Below, piece after piece: positions 51,180 to 64,000 of a stretch of 64,000 nt of DNA. The notes under the pieces are model-generated. The model searched no databases. It had not been told where the DNA came from and saw only the letters and a list, made by a program, of their open reading frames with translations. The position numbers were made by a program, and so were the translations under genes. Positions within the stretch are counted from its first letter, which is position 1. Every line of letters starts with the position of its first letter. Location of the stretch: the NCBI GenBank assembly GCA_964016885.1, contig OZ024753.1, forward strand, positions 1,364,001-1,428,000. Reading direction: 5' to 3'. This DNA comes from Eledone cirrhosa. Lineage: Eukaryota.

Positions 51180-52009
51180 AAAAAAATGTTTGTCGATCGA
51201 CTTTCGTCAAATCGGACCGAGGAAACAATGTTTCCGTTGGTCTTTCCAATTGTTAATATTATCTATCGGTCGCAACTCCAGGTAGAAGGAGCAACGTGAA
51301 ATAAAGTGTCTTGCTCAAGGACATAACACATCGCCGGGTATGTATATATACGCATATAATACACACACATACATACAGACATATATGTGTGTATGTGTAT
51401 ATACGTATATACATAGATGTGTGTGTGTGTGTAATATATGAGACAAATAGCCACGCCCACCCCACCCACACACACACATCATGATGATAAAGAGAACAAA
51501 GCCCCATCGTGTCGTTAGTTGTGTTTCTTAATAACTGACATTAATTGCTACATTGTGTTGTGTTGTGTAGTTTCTTGTTTATTGGCTGCTCTTTAATGTC
51601 TTTTTACTTTCTTTATTCTTTATATATCTGTTTGCGTGTGGAAAGCTTACCTTAAAAAATGCAGTAAAACAACAACTACAACAACAAGGGGGAGAAAGGG
51701 GAGGCGGTTTGTAAGAAGAAAATAAAAACAAGTATTTGTGTGAAGATATTTCAGCCCCATCCCCCATCTACTGCACAAGAACTAAAGTCAATATCTAAAG
51801 ATACAGAAATCTATTTTGGGTCCCTTTCAACTGATAAGTGTGGTAGTTGATAAGTGTGGTATGACTGAAAGACAAGACAACTCCTTGTCGAGAGAAAATA
51901 GAAACAGATTCGTTGCTTAAGACAGAATATTGGAATTCTGTTCATCTTTGTCTCTCGTATCACATTTAATTTTTTGTCTTTTGTTGTCTATTTGTTTCTC
52001 ATTGAGTTA

Positions 52010-52315
52010 TCAGACCTGCAACCCCCCTACGGGGAGTACTATGAAAAAAAGTACCCATTTTCACAAGAGAAGACATCTCTCAACTATCCCAAAGGCTTTT
52101 ACAAATCTCCCCGTCGGAGATTGTTATCAGACCTGCCAACCTCTAAAAACCCAAACGGGTAGTACCATGAAAAAAAAGTGCCCCAAAACGGGGAGAAATG
52201 AGGCAAAATGAGATTTTACATGAAAGCTGTACCCATTTTCACAAGAGAAGACATCTCTCACCTACCCCAAAGTGGGTAGGAGATATCCCCGTGGGACGTG
52301 GAGAGTTGACAGGTA
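52010..52315. mobile_element. MITE family with CAGACCTGCCAAC / GTTGACAGGTCTG-type ends (partial plus full tandem pair)
   Basis: The same 140-190-bp unit recurs at about 20866-21006, 21972-22144, 47822-48139 and 59038-59285. Confidence 0.7.
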
Positions 52316-52539
52316 TAGTGTTATTGTTTTGTTTTTATAACCCTATATTTCTTTCCTTCCTGATATCGGGAGTAAACTGGGTGGGATGTTGTCTTTTGGA
52401 GGTTTTATAGTTTTATAATTACACGTATGATGTAAATCAAGTATGGTGCTCTACGAAACCTTCGTGTAGATTTATATAATTTTAAGTTATAATCATAAAA
52501 TTATTTTTAGCATAGGCACAACAAACCTGATCACAACAG

Positions 52540-52960
52540 CATCCTCTGATGAACATGAGGTGCACCTGAGAGAAATAACTAACCTCTCAGAGGCTGGGGT
52601 CAAAGAGCAATTAAAGAGTTCAAATGTGGCAAGGCCCGAAATTTTAAAAGCCTTAAATAGAGAAGGCATCTCTGGCCGACTCGTGAGAGCCAGGTGACCT
52701 GGGTCTGCAAATGTACCTAAGCAATGGCAATCAGAAGTGAAAATCCCAATTTTCGAAAAGAGGGATAAGAGAGATTGCTATAATTATAGAGAAATCTTCT
52801 TGCTAAGCCTCCCCAGTAAAGTCTATGCTAAGTGTCTGACAAGATGTAGGGATATGGTTGAGTCTAGCCAGCTGACGAACAGTATGGTTTTCACCCTGGA
52901 TGCAGCACAGCCAAACCTAACTAATTATGTTATTAGGAAGGCACTGGGATATATAAACAT
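52540..52960 (+). mobile_element. RTE-like LINE RT N-terminal fragment
   Basis: PEILKALNREG; IPIFEKRDKRDCYNYREIFLLSLPSKVYAKCL. Confidence 0.75.
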
Positions 52961-53100
52961 TGAAAAGCCACCAGATGGACATGAAGTGCTCATTGAATTC
53001 CTCACAGAAACTGAAACCCATTTTTAAGGCCATTAGAAGATCTCTTGACAAATGCACCAAACGAAATGAAATCACCTGCCGTTAATATAATTCCATTATC

Positions 53101-53313
53101 GGATTGGCAGTATCGGAAGAGAGTCGGACGCCATGCTTTGCAGCATAGAGTTACGGCCTTTTATGATCTGAGTTCAAATCCCGCCGAGGTTAACTTTGCC
53201 TTTCATCCTTACGGGGTCGATAAAATAAAGTACCAGTCACGCACTAGGGTCGATTTAATCGACTTTCCCCTCCCCCACAATTGCTGGCCTTGTGCCTATA
53301 CCAGAAATCATTA
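53101..53313 (+). mobile_element. SINE family A, full length
   Basis: GGATTGGCAGTATCGG head through GAAATCATTATT tail. Confidence 0.85.
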
Positions 53314-53319
53314 TTATAT

Positions 53320-53930
53320 TTATACGGAAAAAATCTGTCATAACAGATTTTAAAAATTACAAATTCATCAGCTTCATATATAACAACGAGCTTGCAAACC
53401 GTATCAATAGCGTCTTAGACTTCAATCAACGAAACCAAGGGAACAAACAGGGCTTTAGAAGTGGGTTTTCAACAACCGACCATTTACAGGCCATAAACAA
53501 AATAATTCAGAAATATTGAGAATACAGACAATCATTATGTTTAGGCTTTATCGATTATGAGAAAGCCTTCGACGTCATTGAAATACCAGCTATGCTTGAA
53601 ATTCGTATTGATCGGAGAACGCACCAAACTTAGATATAAATTAATAAGAAAATCTATAATTAGGTATAAGACTTCATACGGAAAGTGAAAGGATCAATAT
53701 TGTAAGTTGCGCAGGAAGATATCTTTAAATAATTTAACTAAAATAGAAATGGAATCAACATAAATAGTGAATTTTGATGTTATTTATGCTACGCTACGAT
53801 GACGAATTAACCATCTCAGGCGATGTCTGTGAACTGGAACAGATGTTAAATGAACCGAACAAAGAAAGCAACAAGGTAGGACTAAAAATAAATATGAAGA
53901 AAAGACAGCTTATGTTCGACTTTGAAGTCA
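53320..53930 (+). mobile_element. RTE-like LINE RT fragment
   Basis: QGFRSGFSTTDHLQAINKIIQK, LCLGFIDYEKAFD, LEQMLNEPNKESNKVGLKINMKK. Confidence 0.8.
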
Positions 53931-53944
53931 ACATAACCTGATCA

Positions 53945-54450
53945 GTTATGATTGGGGAAACTTGGATACCTTCATGAATTTATTGGAATATTCAAAAAAC
54001 TCCATCAAAATACGAAAGCAATGGGACACTTTCAGAGTCAATTTCAGTCAAAAACGGTGTCAAACAAGGCGACATACCTGCACCCACTGTTCTCCTACTT
54101 TACCATGCTACTGACATATGCCTTCCAAGACTTTGAAATCGGTGTGTACTTGCAAATTAGAACCTCTGGCAAAGTATATAATCTAAAACATTTTAACACC
54201 AAGTTCAAAACATTTGACATTCTTGTCAGGGAGTTCCTGTATATTGATGATGCAGATTTTGTGGTATACACAGTAGAGGGCATGCAGTTAATATTGAACC
54301 ACCTTCTCCAATGCATGCACTGTGTTAGGCCTAAATATTAGTATAAAAAAGACAAAGCTCATGTACACTTCACCAGTTGGGGAATGTATGTGGAGCCAGG
54401 CATTTTAGTGAGATGGACAACTTTGTGTATCTCGGAAGTACACTTAGTAT
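53945..54450 (+). mobile_element. RTE/BovB-like LINE RT fragment (separate element)
   Basis: KNGVKQG..PAP, GVYLQIRTSGKVYNLKH, VREFLYIDDA, NFVYLGSTLS. Confidence 0.78.
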
Positions 54451-54475
54451 TAGTAGATACATATTTATATATATA

Positions 54476-54524
<49 letters not shown>

Positions 54525-54614
54525 ATACATGTGTGTGTGTGTGTGTGTATACATGCAGGCAAAGACGCACCAGCGTACACTCGAACATATGTATAATATC
54601 TAAATGTATGTATG

Positions 54615-54663
<49 letters not shown>

Positions 54664-55233
54664 ATATATGTATGTATGTGAGTGCACATTTACTCCACAG
54701 ATTCATTCAAACAAGTAGCAAACAGAAGTGAAAAGAGAAGTAAAAGTAATAAAAAAAAACACGAAAATAAACAATAAAAAAATTAAATAAAGCAAAAGTA
54801 AATCAATGACAAAAATTAAATGAATAACCAAATGACTATATGTAGTCCCTCCTCCAAACAAAAGAAACCCCGCATATGGGGACACAAAAATACCCGGTTC
54901 TATTTATTTTAGGGTTCGAGCATGCTATCTCCTCAGGCAGTGTAAACATATTAAGCTTGTATTGTTCCCCAAGAGATTCAGAACAAATATTCAATAGACT
55001 GTTGGATAACAAAAACCCAGATGTTTTTGTTTTATATATAGTTTCTTCTTTATACACCCTCGCAGGATTCTGTGTCTATATAATCGAGTATCATATAACC
55101 TATATATCGTCTCTATATTTGTTTATATAGCTTTGCTTTATTTTGTATCGCAACAGCAAAAACAACAGTAACAACCGGTCAAACCCTAGTATATGTAAAT
55201 CACGGACCATATGGTTTTTATGTTGTATTTATA

Positions 55234-55313
55234 TACAAGGTGTCCCCCAAAAATGTATACATACTTCAACAATATTCTAATAAATATGTGTATACATTTT
55301 TGGGGACCCCCTA
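55234..55313. mobile_element. Tiny Tc1-type MITE (related pieces at about 42630, 44730 and 45555)
   Basis: GGTGTCCCCCAAAAATGTATACA ... TGTATACATTTTTGGGGACCCC in TA context. Confidence 0.6.
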
Positions 55314-55324
55314 TCTCTCTCTCG

Positions 55325-55377
<53 letters not shown>

Positions 55378-55450
55378 AAAATGGAACGGGAACAAAACAG
55401 AGAGGCAGTACGAACAAAGGTTTATTAGTTTCACGCTCTTGAGAGTAAAA

Positions 55451-55504
<54 letters not shown>

Positions 55505-56663
55505 TCACCTGTTCCAGCCATCCGGCTGAAGCCATGCTAGAGCACCGCCCTTATATATATATATATATATGTGTGTGTGTACCAAACCAGACAAACTGAG
55601 CTTGTGCTAGTACGTTGAACTTTCCAACTAGCTCAATGAATTCACGGGACTTGAACTTTCGAAGCGCCAATCCGTGATTCAGAGCGTCCACATTTAGTTA
55701 TTAGTGGTAAGTTCGGGATTATTTGCGGGTGTAAACAATTTAGCCCGGACCAAACGAAATTGCTGGTTTCTACTCCATGCCCTGTGCACTGCGGTTCAAT
55801 AAGTGCACCCAGTACGCAGAAACCACGCATTAAACCCAGAGTTGCACTTCCGAAGCGTCAGACCGTGATTCAGAGCGCATTAGATCCAGAGTTGTCTGGA
55901 AGGAATCGACGAGGCCTGGATCAATACAGAATTTCGTCAACGGGAGCGATCCTTCTTGTTCTATCGTAAGGGTCTACTAGTGACGCAATTGCAATTCTTG
56001 CCTGCCGCTGTCGTCACGTGGTTTCCCAAGGCGTAGGAATATGTAGGCCCAAGATATAGAACTAATCACATGATTAGGCGGTTAAATTTAAAACAGTTTG
56101 AAAGTAGCGCCAGAAAAGCTTTCCACTTCGAATATAATTTTTCCCTTATTTCCTCTGTGAATATATCACAGAGTTGCCAGTATGTTCTGAGAATGTCAGA
56201 CAGAGCTGTTTCAAGATTTATTCATCTTTCATCAATGACAACACTCAACCCTACTGGCATAGAAATAGACTATATAGGATTTTGCGTGATGATCAATTGC
56301 TGAAAATCCTCATTCGAATATAGCGGAAACTTGGCTGGTTATATTTCATTAGAAGTAGCACTAAGAGAGGGGGGGAGGGGGGTGAAATTAAATATAGGCT
56401 GCACAGACCGACTAAATATGTTCACTATACACACCCTTATATTAATATACTTTTGCTTATAACTTCGTACTTACATGCATACACACTCTTACTTACATAT
56501 ACACACACATTTCTTAGTTTCGTACGGACGTATAATAACAGACACATGCTTACGCACGTGTACACGTATAGCTCTTTTTACAAAACGTTTTTTTTTTTTC
56601 ATTTCAGGTAGACGCGCTCCATCATCCACTTTTCTAAAATGCCAGCACCAACAGTATTGCAAG

Positions 56664-56882
56664 AGGTGTCAACATGAATAAACCTGTTATTTTTATCTAA
56701 AGACATTTTTTCCAATTCCAACCCGCCCGTCCCCTCAATCTATCTTATTTCTCATTATTTCTTTTGATGAAAGACTAGCGTCCGAAACGTTAAGACCCTC
56801 TTCCTGCTATATCAAGCGTTAACCTAATATATCCCTTCCATATACTGTACCGATTGTGTTGTTATTTCTGTTTACCTTTTAC
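56664..56882 (+). mobile_element. Penelope-like end fragment with minimal hammerhead (56760-56795), copy 2
   Basis: UCUU-UUGAUGA-A-AGAC(UAGC)GUCC-GAAACGUU^AAGA. Same family as 18088-18308; ends in (CATA)/(TA)n. Confidence 0.65.
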
Positions 56883-56886
56883 ATAC

Positions 56887-56952
<66 letters not shown>

Positions 56953-57995
56953 ATGTGTGAAGGCGCATGGCTTAGTGGTTAGAGCTTTGGGCTTGCAGTT
57001 GATAGGTTGCAAGCCCAACGCTCCCGTTCACGAAACTAATTTATCACAATATTAACGTAATACTACATTAAATAGAAAAATAAGGAGACACTAATAATGC
57101 ATGCACAGTTTCAAACAAAAGCAATGCGACATATACAAACAGACGACATAGAAATTTGCCGTTCATTAGAGGAGAAAACTTTGTCCTGTGTATACATAAC
57201 ATTTTAAAGGCCATCAACGTCCTTTTAGATTGTATAATTTGCCATTTATTGTAGCAATTACGGAAAATCCTTGACACCAATACACGGAAAACATTCCCAG
57301 ATTAAAACCTCGTGCTTTTAATATCTATACAAACATTCGAGAACCATAGAGACGTACAGTCCTTATTGACAGCGTTGCCGTTGTCGTACACATGGCTACA
57401 CACATATACACACACAACAGCTATAGAGACTCGTGGAAAGAGTTCAGACCGACTGAAAGGATACAAAACGTCACCGATCGCGAGATATTGTCTTTTTTAA
57501 TTTAAGCACAAGACCAGCAAAATAGGTTTAAATCAACCTCAAAACCTAAGTGATATTTCATTTTATCAACCCAGTAACGATGAACGGCAAAGCTGGTCTT
57601 GGCAGGATTTGAAGACAGAATATCATCATCATCATCACTCGTCGACTACTGTCGAGATGATGGATCTCACTCTCATGCCCCAGAATTCCCTGTCCCCCAG
57701 GTCCTGTCTACTGATTCCCGTATACCTAGAGATAACGTCAGGGAATGACAGCTTCCTACTCCTAGTCAGGCTGGAGTCAGGGTTCCAGAGCAAGAGAGCG
57801 GATATGATTTCATTGCTGGCACGGTGACAGTGGCCAGCAAATTGACAGAATATAAAGTGCTAGAACACAATTCTGTCACTCCACTCTAATGATTTCTAAT
57901 ATTGATTTATATATATATTTTTTATGTGATTAGGTAAATTTATTCAGTATTAAATAAAGATCTGGGAAGACAGATGTAAACATTGGGCATGGACA

Positions 57996-58200
57996 GTCGA
58001 TCGACTTTCGTCAAATCGGACCGAGGAAACGATATTTCCGTTGGTCTTTCAAAGTGCTAATACTATCTATCGGTCGCAACTCCAGGTAGAAGAAGCAACG
58101 CGAAATAAAGTATCTTGCTCAAGGACATAACGCATCGCCCGGTCTGAGATTCGAACTCCCAACCTCACGATTGCGAATCCAATTCTCTAACCACTCAGCC
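57996..58200 (-). mobile_element. SINE family B
   Basis: A-box GGCTGAGTGGTTAGAG and B-box GAGTTCGAATC on the minus strand; same body as 2294-2498. Confidence 0.8.
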
Positions 58201-59516
58201 TTCACAAATTCACATTGAACATATGCAAGCAAATAAAAAACAGTACTCAATACACAAAGTAGAGTTACAGAGAATATTCAAGTGTGTTTTGTGGTTATGA
58301 AAACGGAAAAGGAAGGGAAAGGCAAGGGCTCCAGTGTCATAGAGGGAGAGGCCTAGGGCGCGGCGTATACAAAACGTGAGCGAATTTGGGGGAATAGCAA
58401 AGTTGATTACATTAGAACGGAATATTTTGCTAGTTATAGTGAGTCTGATGCTAGGATGAATGGTGGTGTTGTGGTGTTAATTCGGTTGTTGTTTGTGTAC
58501 TCGTGGATTGCTCAGTAATGTGGTCACTGTTGTGTAGAGTGTAGGCAAATTATATATTTTAGGGCATTTTCTCCGATGTGATGTCAATTCTGTCATTCCA
58601 CCGAACTTATTACTTATTGCCATTATGAAATTAGAGTTGTGCCCCTTTATAATCCGAGTTCAAATTCCGCCGAGATGAGCTTTGCCTTTCATCCTTACGG
58701 TGTCAATAAAATAAATCACTAGTAATGCACTGGGGTCGATTTAATCGACTCCCCCCCCCCCAATGCTGGCCTTGTGCCTATAGTAGAAATCATTATATTT
58801 AAGGTTCATGACAGGTATATGTTTTATTCAACCCCAGGAAGAGAAGGAGCAAAAGGTGTAGGATTCGATTCTTATCCTTTCGACGTTTAAAATTCTTAAA
58901 AGGATATTACTTATTCGCATGTAAAAAACAATAAAAATTTCATCAACTTTTGGGTTACGACAGCAAACTATAAAGAAAAGTGATACGAAGGCGGTTGGTC
59001 AATCGATGCAAACGTTGTGACAGATGGTCCCTGTATCCAGATCTGCCAACTTCTAAAAACCTAAAAGGGGAGGGGGTAACATAAAAAAAGGCCCCAAAAC
59101 GAGAAGAAATTACATAATTGTTTCTACTTTAGGCACAAGGCTAGCAATTACCCAGTGCATTACTGGTACTTCATTTTATCGACCCCGTAAGGATGAAAGG
59201 CAAAGTCAACTTACATAATGAAAGCTATACCCGTTTTCACAAGAGAAGAGATCTCCCCCTCGGTCGGGGCGAGTTGACAGATCTGCCGTCTGCCACACAC
59301 TCAACAATGCTATGCTTTGTGGATTTATAGGCACGACCAAGCTAGAGAGGTGCTCAACAACCTGAGGATCAGGGAGCCGTGACTCGGTCGAGATTAGGCC
59401 ACGGTATAGAATATTTTCATCAACTTAATATAGACCCACACATGTACACACCAAATACTTACATTTATAATTAACCTGACACTTCTTATAACCTTTTATC
59501 ATTATCTATTGCTCAT

Positions 59517-60052
59517 AATAATTGTTTCTATTTTTGGCACAAGGCCAGAAATTATCCCAGTGCATTATTGGTACTTTATTGTATCGACCTCCGTAGGATT
59601 TGAACCCAGACCGTAAAGGGACGCAACTCGTTGCTGCAAAGCATGGCATCCGACCCTTTACTGATACTACCAATCCACCATAATAATTGTTTCTACTTTT
59701 GGCACAAGGACAGCAATTACTCAGTGCATTACTGGTACTTTATTTTATCGATCCCACAAGGATAAGGATAAAAGGCAAAGTTAACCTCGGCGGAATTTGA
59801 ACTCAGAATGGAAAGGGCCGTAGCTCTATGCGTCAAAGCAAGGCGTCCGACCCTCTACCGATACTGCCAACCATAATAATTGTTTCTACTTTAGGCACAA
59901 GGCCAGCAATTACCCAGTACATTACTGGTACTTTATTTTATCGACCCCGTAAGAATGAAAAGCAAAATTAACCTCAGCGGGATTTGAACTCAGACTGTAA
60001 AGGGACGTAACTATGCGTCAAAGCAAGGTGTCCAACCCTCTACCGATACTGG
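59517..60052 (-). mobile_element. Three head-to-tail SINE family A copies
   Basis: Units are joined at CATAATAAT. Further family copies lie at about 35806-35917, 46962-47112, 58655-58796, 59119-59210 and 62043-62158. Confidence 0.82.
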
Positions 60053-60430
60053 CACTCCTCTGTGTTCGGAGCTGGTGTACATGTGTGTATTTTTACACTA
60101 TCGACCCTTCCATCTTGTCTAAATATTTAGTCAGAGATAAATAAAATAAAGAGTATGGTTTAATGGTTAAGTTGCATGTGGGTTTTTTTTTGTGTTTGAA
60201 TCTTTAGTGGAAAAAATGTAACTTGTCTATGTGTATATACAATATTTATTACTGAATTGATTCTACAGACAACCCCTCGTCTACTAACCAAAGAATTAAA
60301 CAACCAACCGACCAGCCAGCCATCCAACAAACTAACTATTTACACTGGTTTCTTCAATTTTGTTTTTTTCATCTTTGTAATTTACTGTCTTTATAACACT
60401 TTGCACTACAAATTTGTATATCCTTTAAGA

Positions 60431-60580
60431 CAGGCATGTCAAAAACAAGCGACCCGCACAAAAGTTTTCACAGCGTGAGCATGTTTTATCTTCGTAATAT
60501 AAAATTTGAAAAAATAGTTGTAATGTGTGCAATTAGTTGTCGTGTGTGGCCCTCGAGGGACCCTCAGTTTGACATGCCTG
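60431..60580. mobile_element. hAT MITE
   Basis: TIRs CAGGCATGTCAAA / TTTGACATGCCTG; perfect 8-bp TSD CTTTAAGA. Confidence 0.9.
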
Positions 60581-61256
60581 CTTTAAGAGATTCACTGTCA
60601 CGCTACAGTAGTCTTCGGCCAGAGGTCAGCGCTGCTATCGCAGACTGTTTGGCGCCCCCAGACCTTGTTAAAGACGCCAAATAAATGGTTTTGAGTGGGT
60701 GTACGACTAGCTGTGATTGATAGCGTCCCATATCAGCCCACTGCAAGAATGTGACTGTCGAGCACCAACACTTTGGTCAGTTAGGGTTGTGATTAGAGTT
60801 ATAATTCCATTCTGACACCCATAAACTTTCATTCCCACTCCGTATAATTTTATTCCCAGCCCCTCTAATTTCCAACCGCTTATAAATTCATTTTTACACA
60901 CAACATTTTCATTCCCAGCTTCTATAGATTAATTATTTCATACTTTTCTTTAAAAAAAACAAACAAAAAAAAAAAAACACAATTTTGACAGGTTTGGGGG
61001 GTCGGGTTCGTTGAAAACACGAAAACCTAAGAAAAAATTTATTGTAAATAAAAAGAAAAAACGTGGGTGGGGGGGAATAATTTCCAATTGAATGCGAGGC
61101 GAATGAGCATCTATAAATTTACCTTTACTGTTTCTAGTAGGTGAGCAACCGTGTAGAGGATCCTTGGTTAATTCGATGTGGCTGTTTGTATTTCCAGAAA
61201 TAGAATTGCTACTTCACCGCCGGTGTCATTAAACAATTCCCTACGTTGCGTGCAGC

Positions 61257-61355
61257 ATGGCTGATAATATTTATGTTCAAGCGGCCAAAATTTTCACAAA
61301 TGCCGTGGCTAAAAAAGCTCACGTCAAATCTCTTGTTTATGATTCAAAATATCCA
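61257..61355 (+). CDS. NSUN5: NSUN5/Rcm1-like 28S rRNA cytosine-C5 methyltransferase, coding exon 1
   Basis: ATG at 61257; 33 codons MADNIYVQAAKIFTNAVAKKAHVKSLVYDSKYP, then a phase-0 GTAAGT donor at 61356. Resembles the NSUN5 N-terminus as recalled (LYAAAAGVL...SIKGLVYSS). Not in the ORF track. Confidence 0.85.
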
Positions 61356-61512
61356 GTAAGTGATAATAACGTTTTGATTTATTAATTGATGTTCATCGAT
61401 TTGTTAAACTCCCTTCGAGTAAACTAATATATAGATGATTCTATAATGTGTAACCTTCCACACAAACTGTAAAGACGTAACCACTGAAATGTAAAACTTT
61501 CGTTCCGTCACT

Positions 61513-61668
61513 GGTTTCAGTCATTCGACTGCGGCCATGCTGTAGCACCACCTTAAAGCGATTTTAGTCGATCATATCGATTCCATTATTTTTTCCTATT
61601 TGTTTCGTTTTTTTTTAAAGTCTGGTACTTGATTTATAGATAGATCTCTTTTTTTTGTCAAACTATTA

Positions 61669-61711
<43 letters not shown>

Positions 61712-61830
61712 TCACAGCGTACTTCCACACAGTTTCCTACCAAGTTTCACTCACGAGGCATTGATCAACGCAGTGGGACTCAACCCAAAACCACGTGGTT
61801 GCCAAGCGAACCTTTATTCACACAACCATG
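61513..61830 (-). mobile_element. Diverged octopus-type SINE in NSUN5 intron 1
   Basis: TTCAGTCATT.GACTGCGGCCATGCTG.AGCACC...GGGACT.AACCC...ACCATG resembles a common octopus SINE as recalled. Confidence 0.55.
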
Positions 61831-63206
61831 TGAATAATACTTACACACAGATGGCATTTTATTGGAATTCTACAGTTTTCTTCTAAAATGTAATTGTGAT
61901 GCATGTCTGGTTAATACTATGTTGCTATTTCTGTCCTAAAGGTGGCGACTTGCCAATCGTTAAAGTCTTATATTTTTTCTGGCTCTGCGTTCTACGTTCA
62001 AATCCCGCCAGTCCAGCATCGACAACATTTTTTTTTTTAAATAATAATTGTTTCTACTTTTGGCACAAGGCCAGCAATTACCTAGTGTATTACTGGTACT
62101 TTATTTTATCAACCTCCATAAGGATGAAAGGCAAAGTTAACCTCGGCGGGATTGGAACTTTTATTATTTTTTTAAATAATAATAATAATAATTGATTTTC
62201 TTTTCTTTTCTTTATTTCGGCATTTGGTTGCAAATTTTGGTCTACTAACACGATTGAGAAAAACAGAATTTGCATACAAACTTAAACTTACAGTCAGTAG
62301 GCACCCCTTAACCCAATATACGCCCCACCCATCCTCTCATTTCTGTCCACTGTCGGTGACAACAAAAAGCACCCAGCCCACACTGTAAAGTAGTCATGTA
62401 GGGGACACGGTAAAAAGGCTCCCAGTCCACACTGTAAATGTGGTTGGTGTTAGGAAGGGCATCCAGCCGTAGAAAACCTACCAGAGACAGTTCCTTCTCT
62501 TGACCAATCTTGCATCAAATGGAACAAAACCATGTAACCCATGCTAGCGTGAAACGATGATGATGATGACATAATACCACCAACACAGCATAAATTGTGA
62601 ATAAATAAATATATGAACACATTCTGTTGCCTATACAGTATATACATAAGCAAAATAAGTACATACTTAAGGCATCAAGGGAAGAGAAGCACCATTTTAT
62701 ACAAATTTCATGTGCTTAGGGCCTCAAAATCTATCGCTGTCTGCTTTTTAGAAGTCCTAGCATAGGTATGAACCCCATGTGGGAGCCTTTAATTACGAAA
62801 GAAAGACCATTGAGTCTTAAGACCGTGAAAAAATGGCTTTAAAGTTCTTAAATGTTATGACAAAATTGTCCTATGAAACAATAGCATAGTTAGTATAACT
62901 GCTAGCTGTTAAGTGCACTCATCTACTTAACTGGTTGTAGGTTCAATCCCTGGATTAATGTCATGTGTAAAACAAAGTTGATCTTTGTAGGATTTGAATT
63001 CAGGGCACAAAAGGGCTGCAAAACAGCTGTAAAGTTTTGAAACAATCTGACCACTAATATACTGTAAATATTTGAATTAACAAACTACTCTTTAGATATT
63101 TTCTGCTAAATCATTACAGAATGTTAAGCATTAACTAACCTCATTAGTACATTTTCAATTTAACTAAAAGACTGTTTTTTTCTTTTCTTTTTGTTTATTT
63201 TTGCAG

Positions 63207-63395
63207 AATAAGAAGAAACTATATGCTTTAGTGTGTCAAACCTTAAAACATAGAGTCATTCTTCATGAAATAGCAACTTCATTGAATATTTTGGTAGTTG
63301 AAACTTATGCTTTACGTAAGAATATGCCACTTTTACAACTCCTGCTGTATGATAGAATTTTTGGCAAAGGCATCTGTGGTTCGAGGCGTTTTAAG
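63207..63395 (+). CDS. NSUN5: NSUN5/Rcm1-like methyltransferase, coding exon 2 (gene continues beyond the window)
   Basis: Polypyrimidine tract plus TTGCAG acceptor ending at 63206. 189-bp phase 0/0 exon NKKKLYALVCQTLKH...LLQLLLYDRIFGKGICGSRRFK, GT donor at 63396. Matches NSUN5 NVKQLYALVCETQRY...VLVYELLLGKG and is in frame with exon 1. Confidence 0.88.
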
Positions 63396-64000
63396 GTTGA
63401 GTATATTCCTCCAGGGATTTTGTATTTTTGCTGTGTTTTATATAAATTTATATTTTCGTTGTTAGACATCTCCACACCATCTCTTGTCAACAGTAACTAC
63501 AGCATTTATACAGTAATGTTATGTCAAAGGTATAGTAGGATATATATAACAACATTTCTCATCTAGTGAACATATATATCTCTACATATTGTGAATTGAC
63601 AAACTCTGAGTAACAAATATTTCTACCTCTTTGTACTATGTTAATATGTATATCTCAACTTTAATCCACCTAAGTTCTCTCCTTATTAATAAGCTTAAAG
63701 TATATATATAACAGTTGATCAACAAGATCCCAGACCTCATTCACTTAATGAGTGGGGTGGAGCTCGTTTAATCGGACCGAGGGAACAATGTTTCCATTGG
63801 TCTTTCCAATTGCTAATACTATCTATCCGTTGCAAATCCAGGCAGAAGGAGCAACAACTAAATACAACAAAGATACCACACAAAATACAATTATCCAATG
63901 AAATAAGATCAAAATAAAAAAAAAATATAATCATAAATACATTTTGTGTGTAGGAATAGAGTAGTTAAAGAAGATCGGAAATTTAACCAATTAAAATAGC

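Noticed and set aside
53101-53185. tRNA gene (A/B boxes)
   Set aside because: This is a SINE head: no cloverleaf, and it runs into the SINE core. The same applies to the other copies.
54905-54945. Hammerhead-like CUGAGGA...GAAC on the minus strand
   Set aside because: The GAAA box is imperfect and there is no stem I pairing.
56588-56670. Strong splice acceptor (T-run + CATTTCAG) with a short reading frame
   Set aside because: No recognisable protein, a weak donor, and no partner exon; it runs into a repeat.

Overview
AT-rich, repeat-dense animal genomic DNA. The tRNA-derived SINE families and heavy (TA)n/(CA)n load look like an octopod cephalopod genome (inference from repeat style). Two host genes are supported. 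The first is an intronless 583-aa PI-PLC X-domain (PLCXD-like) ORF at 39224-40975 (+) with an unusual architecture: signal peptide, pro-region, and a two-helix hydrophobic hairpin inserted inside the catalytic barrel. The second is the first two coding exons of an NSUN5/Rcm1-type rRNA m5C methyltransferase (61257-61355, 63207-63395, +), which continues past the window end. Almost all other listed ORFs are microsatellite artefacts. The rest is more than 25 SINE copies, hAT/Tc1/pogo MITEs, a symmetrised mariner, R4/Dong and RTE LINE debris, and minisatellites. The most striking unannotated signal is about a dozen short inserts, nearly all in or abutting (TA)n tracts, that carry minimal type-I hammerhead ribozyme motifs (intact, degenerate or halves), typical of Penelope-like element ends. 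Six are foldback palindromes, and their symmetry axis or junction repeatedly falls in ribozyme stem II or at the cleavage site. All calls were made by eye, without alignment or folding software.
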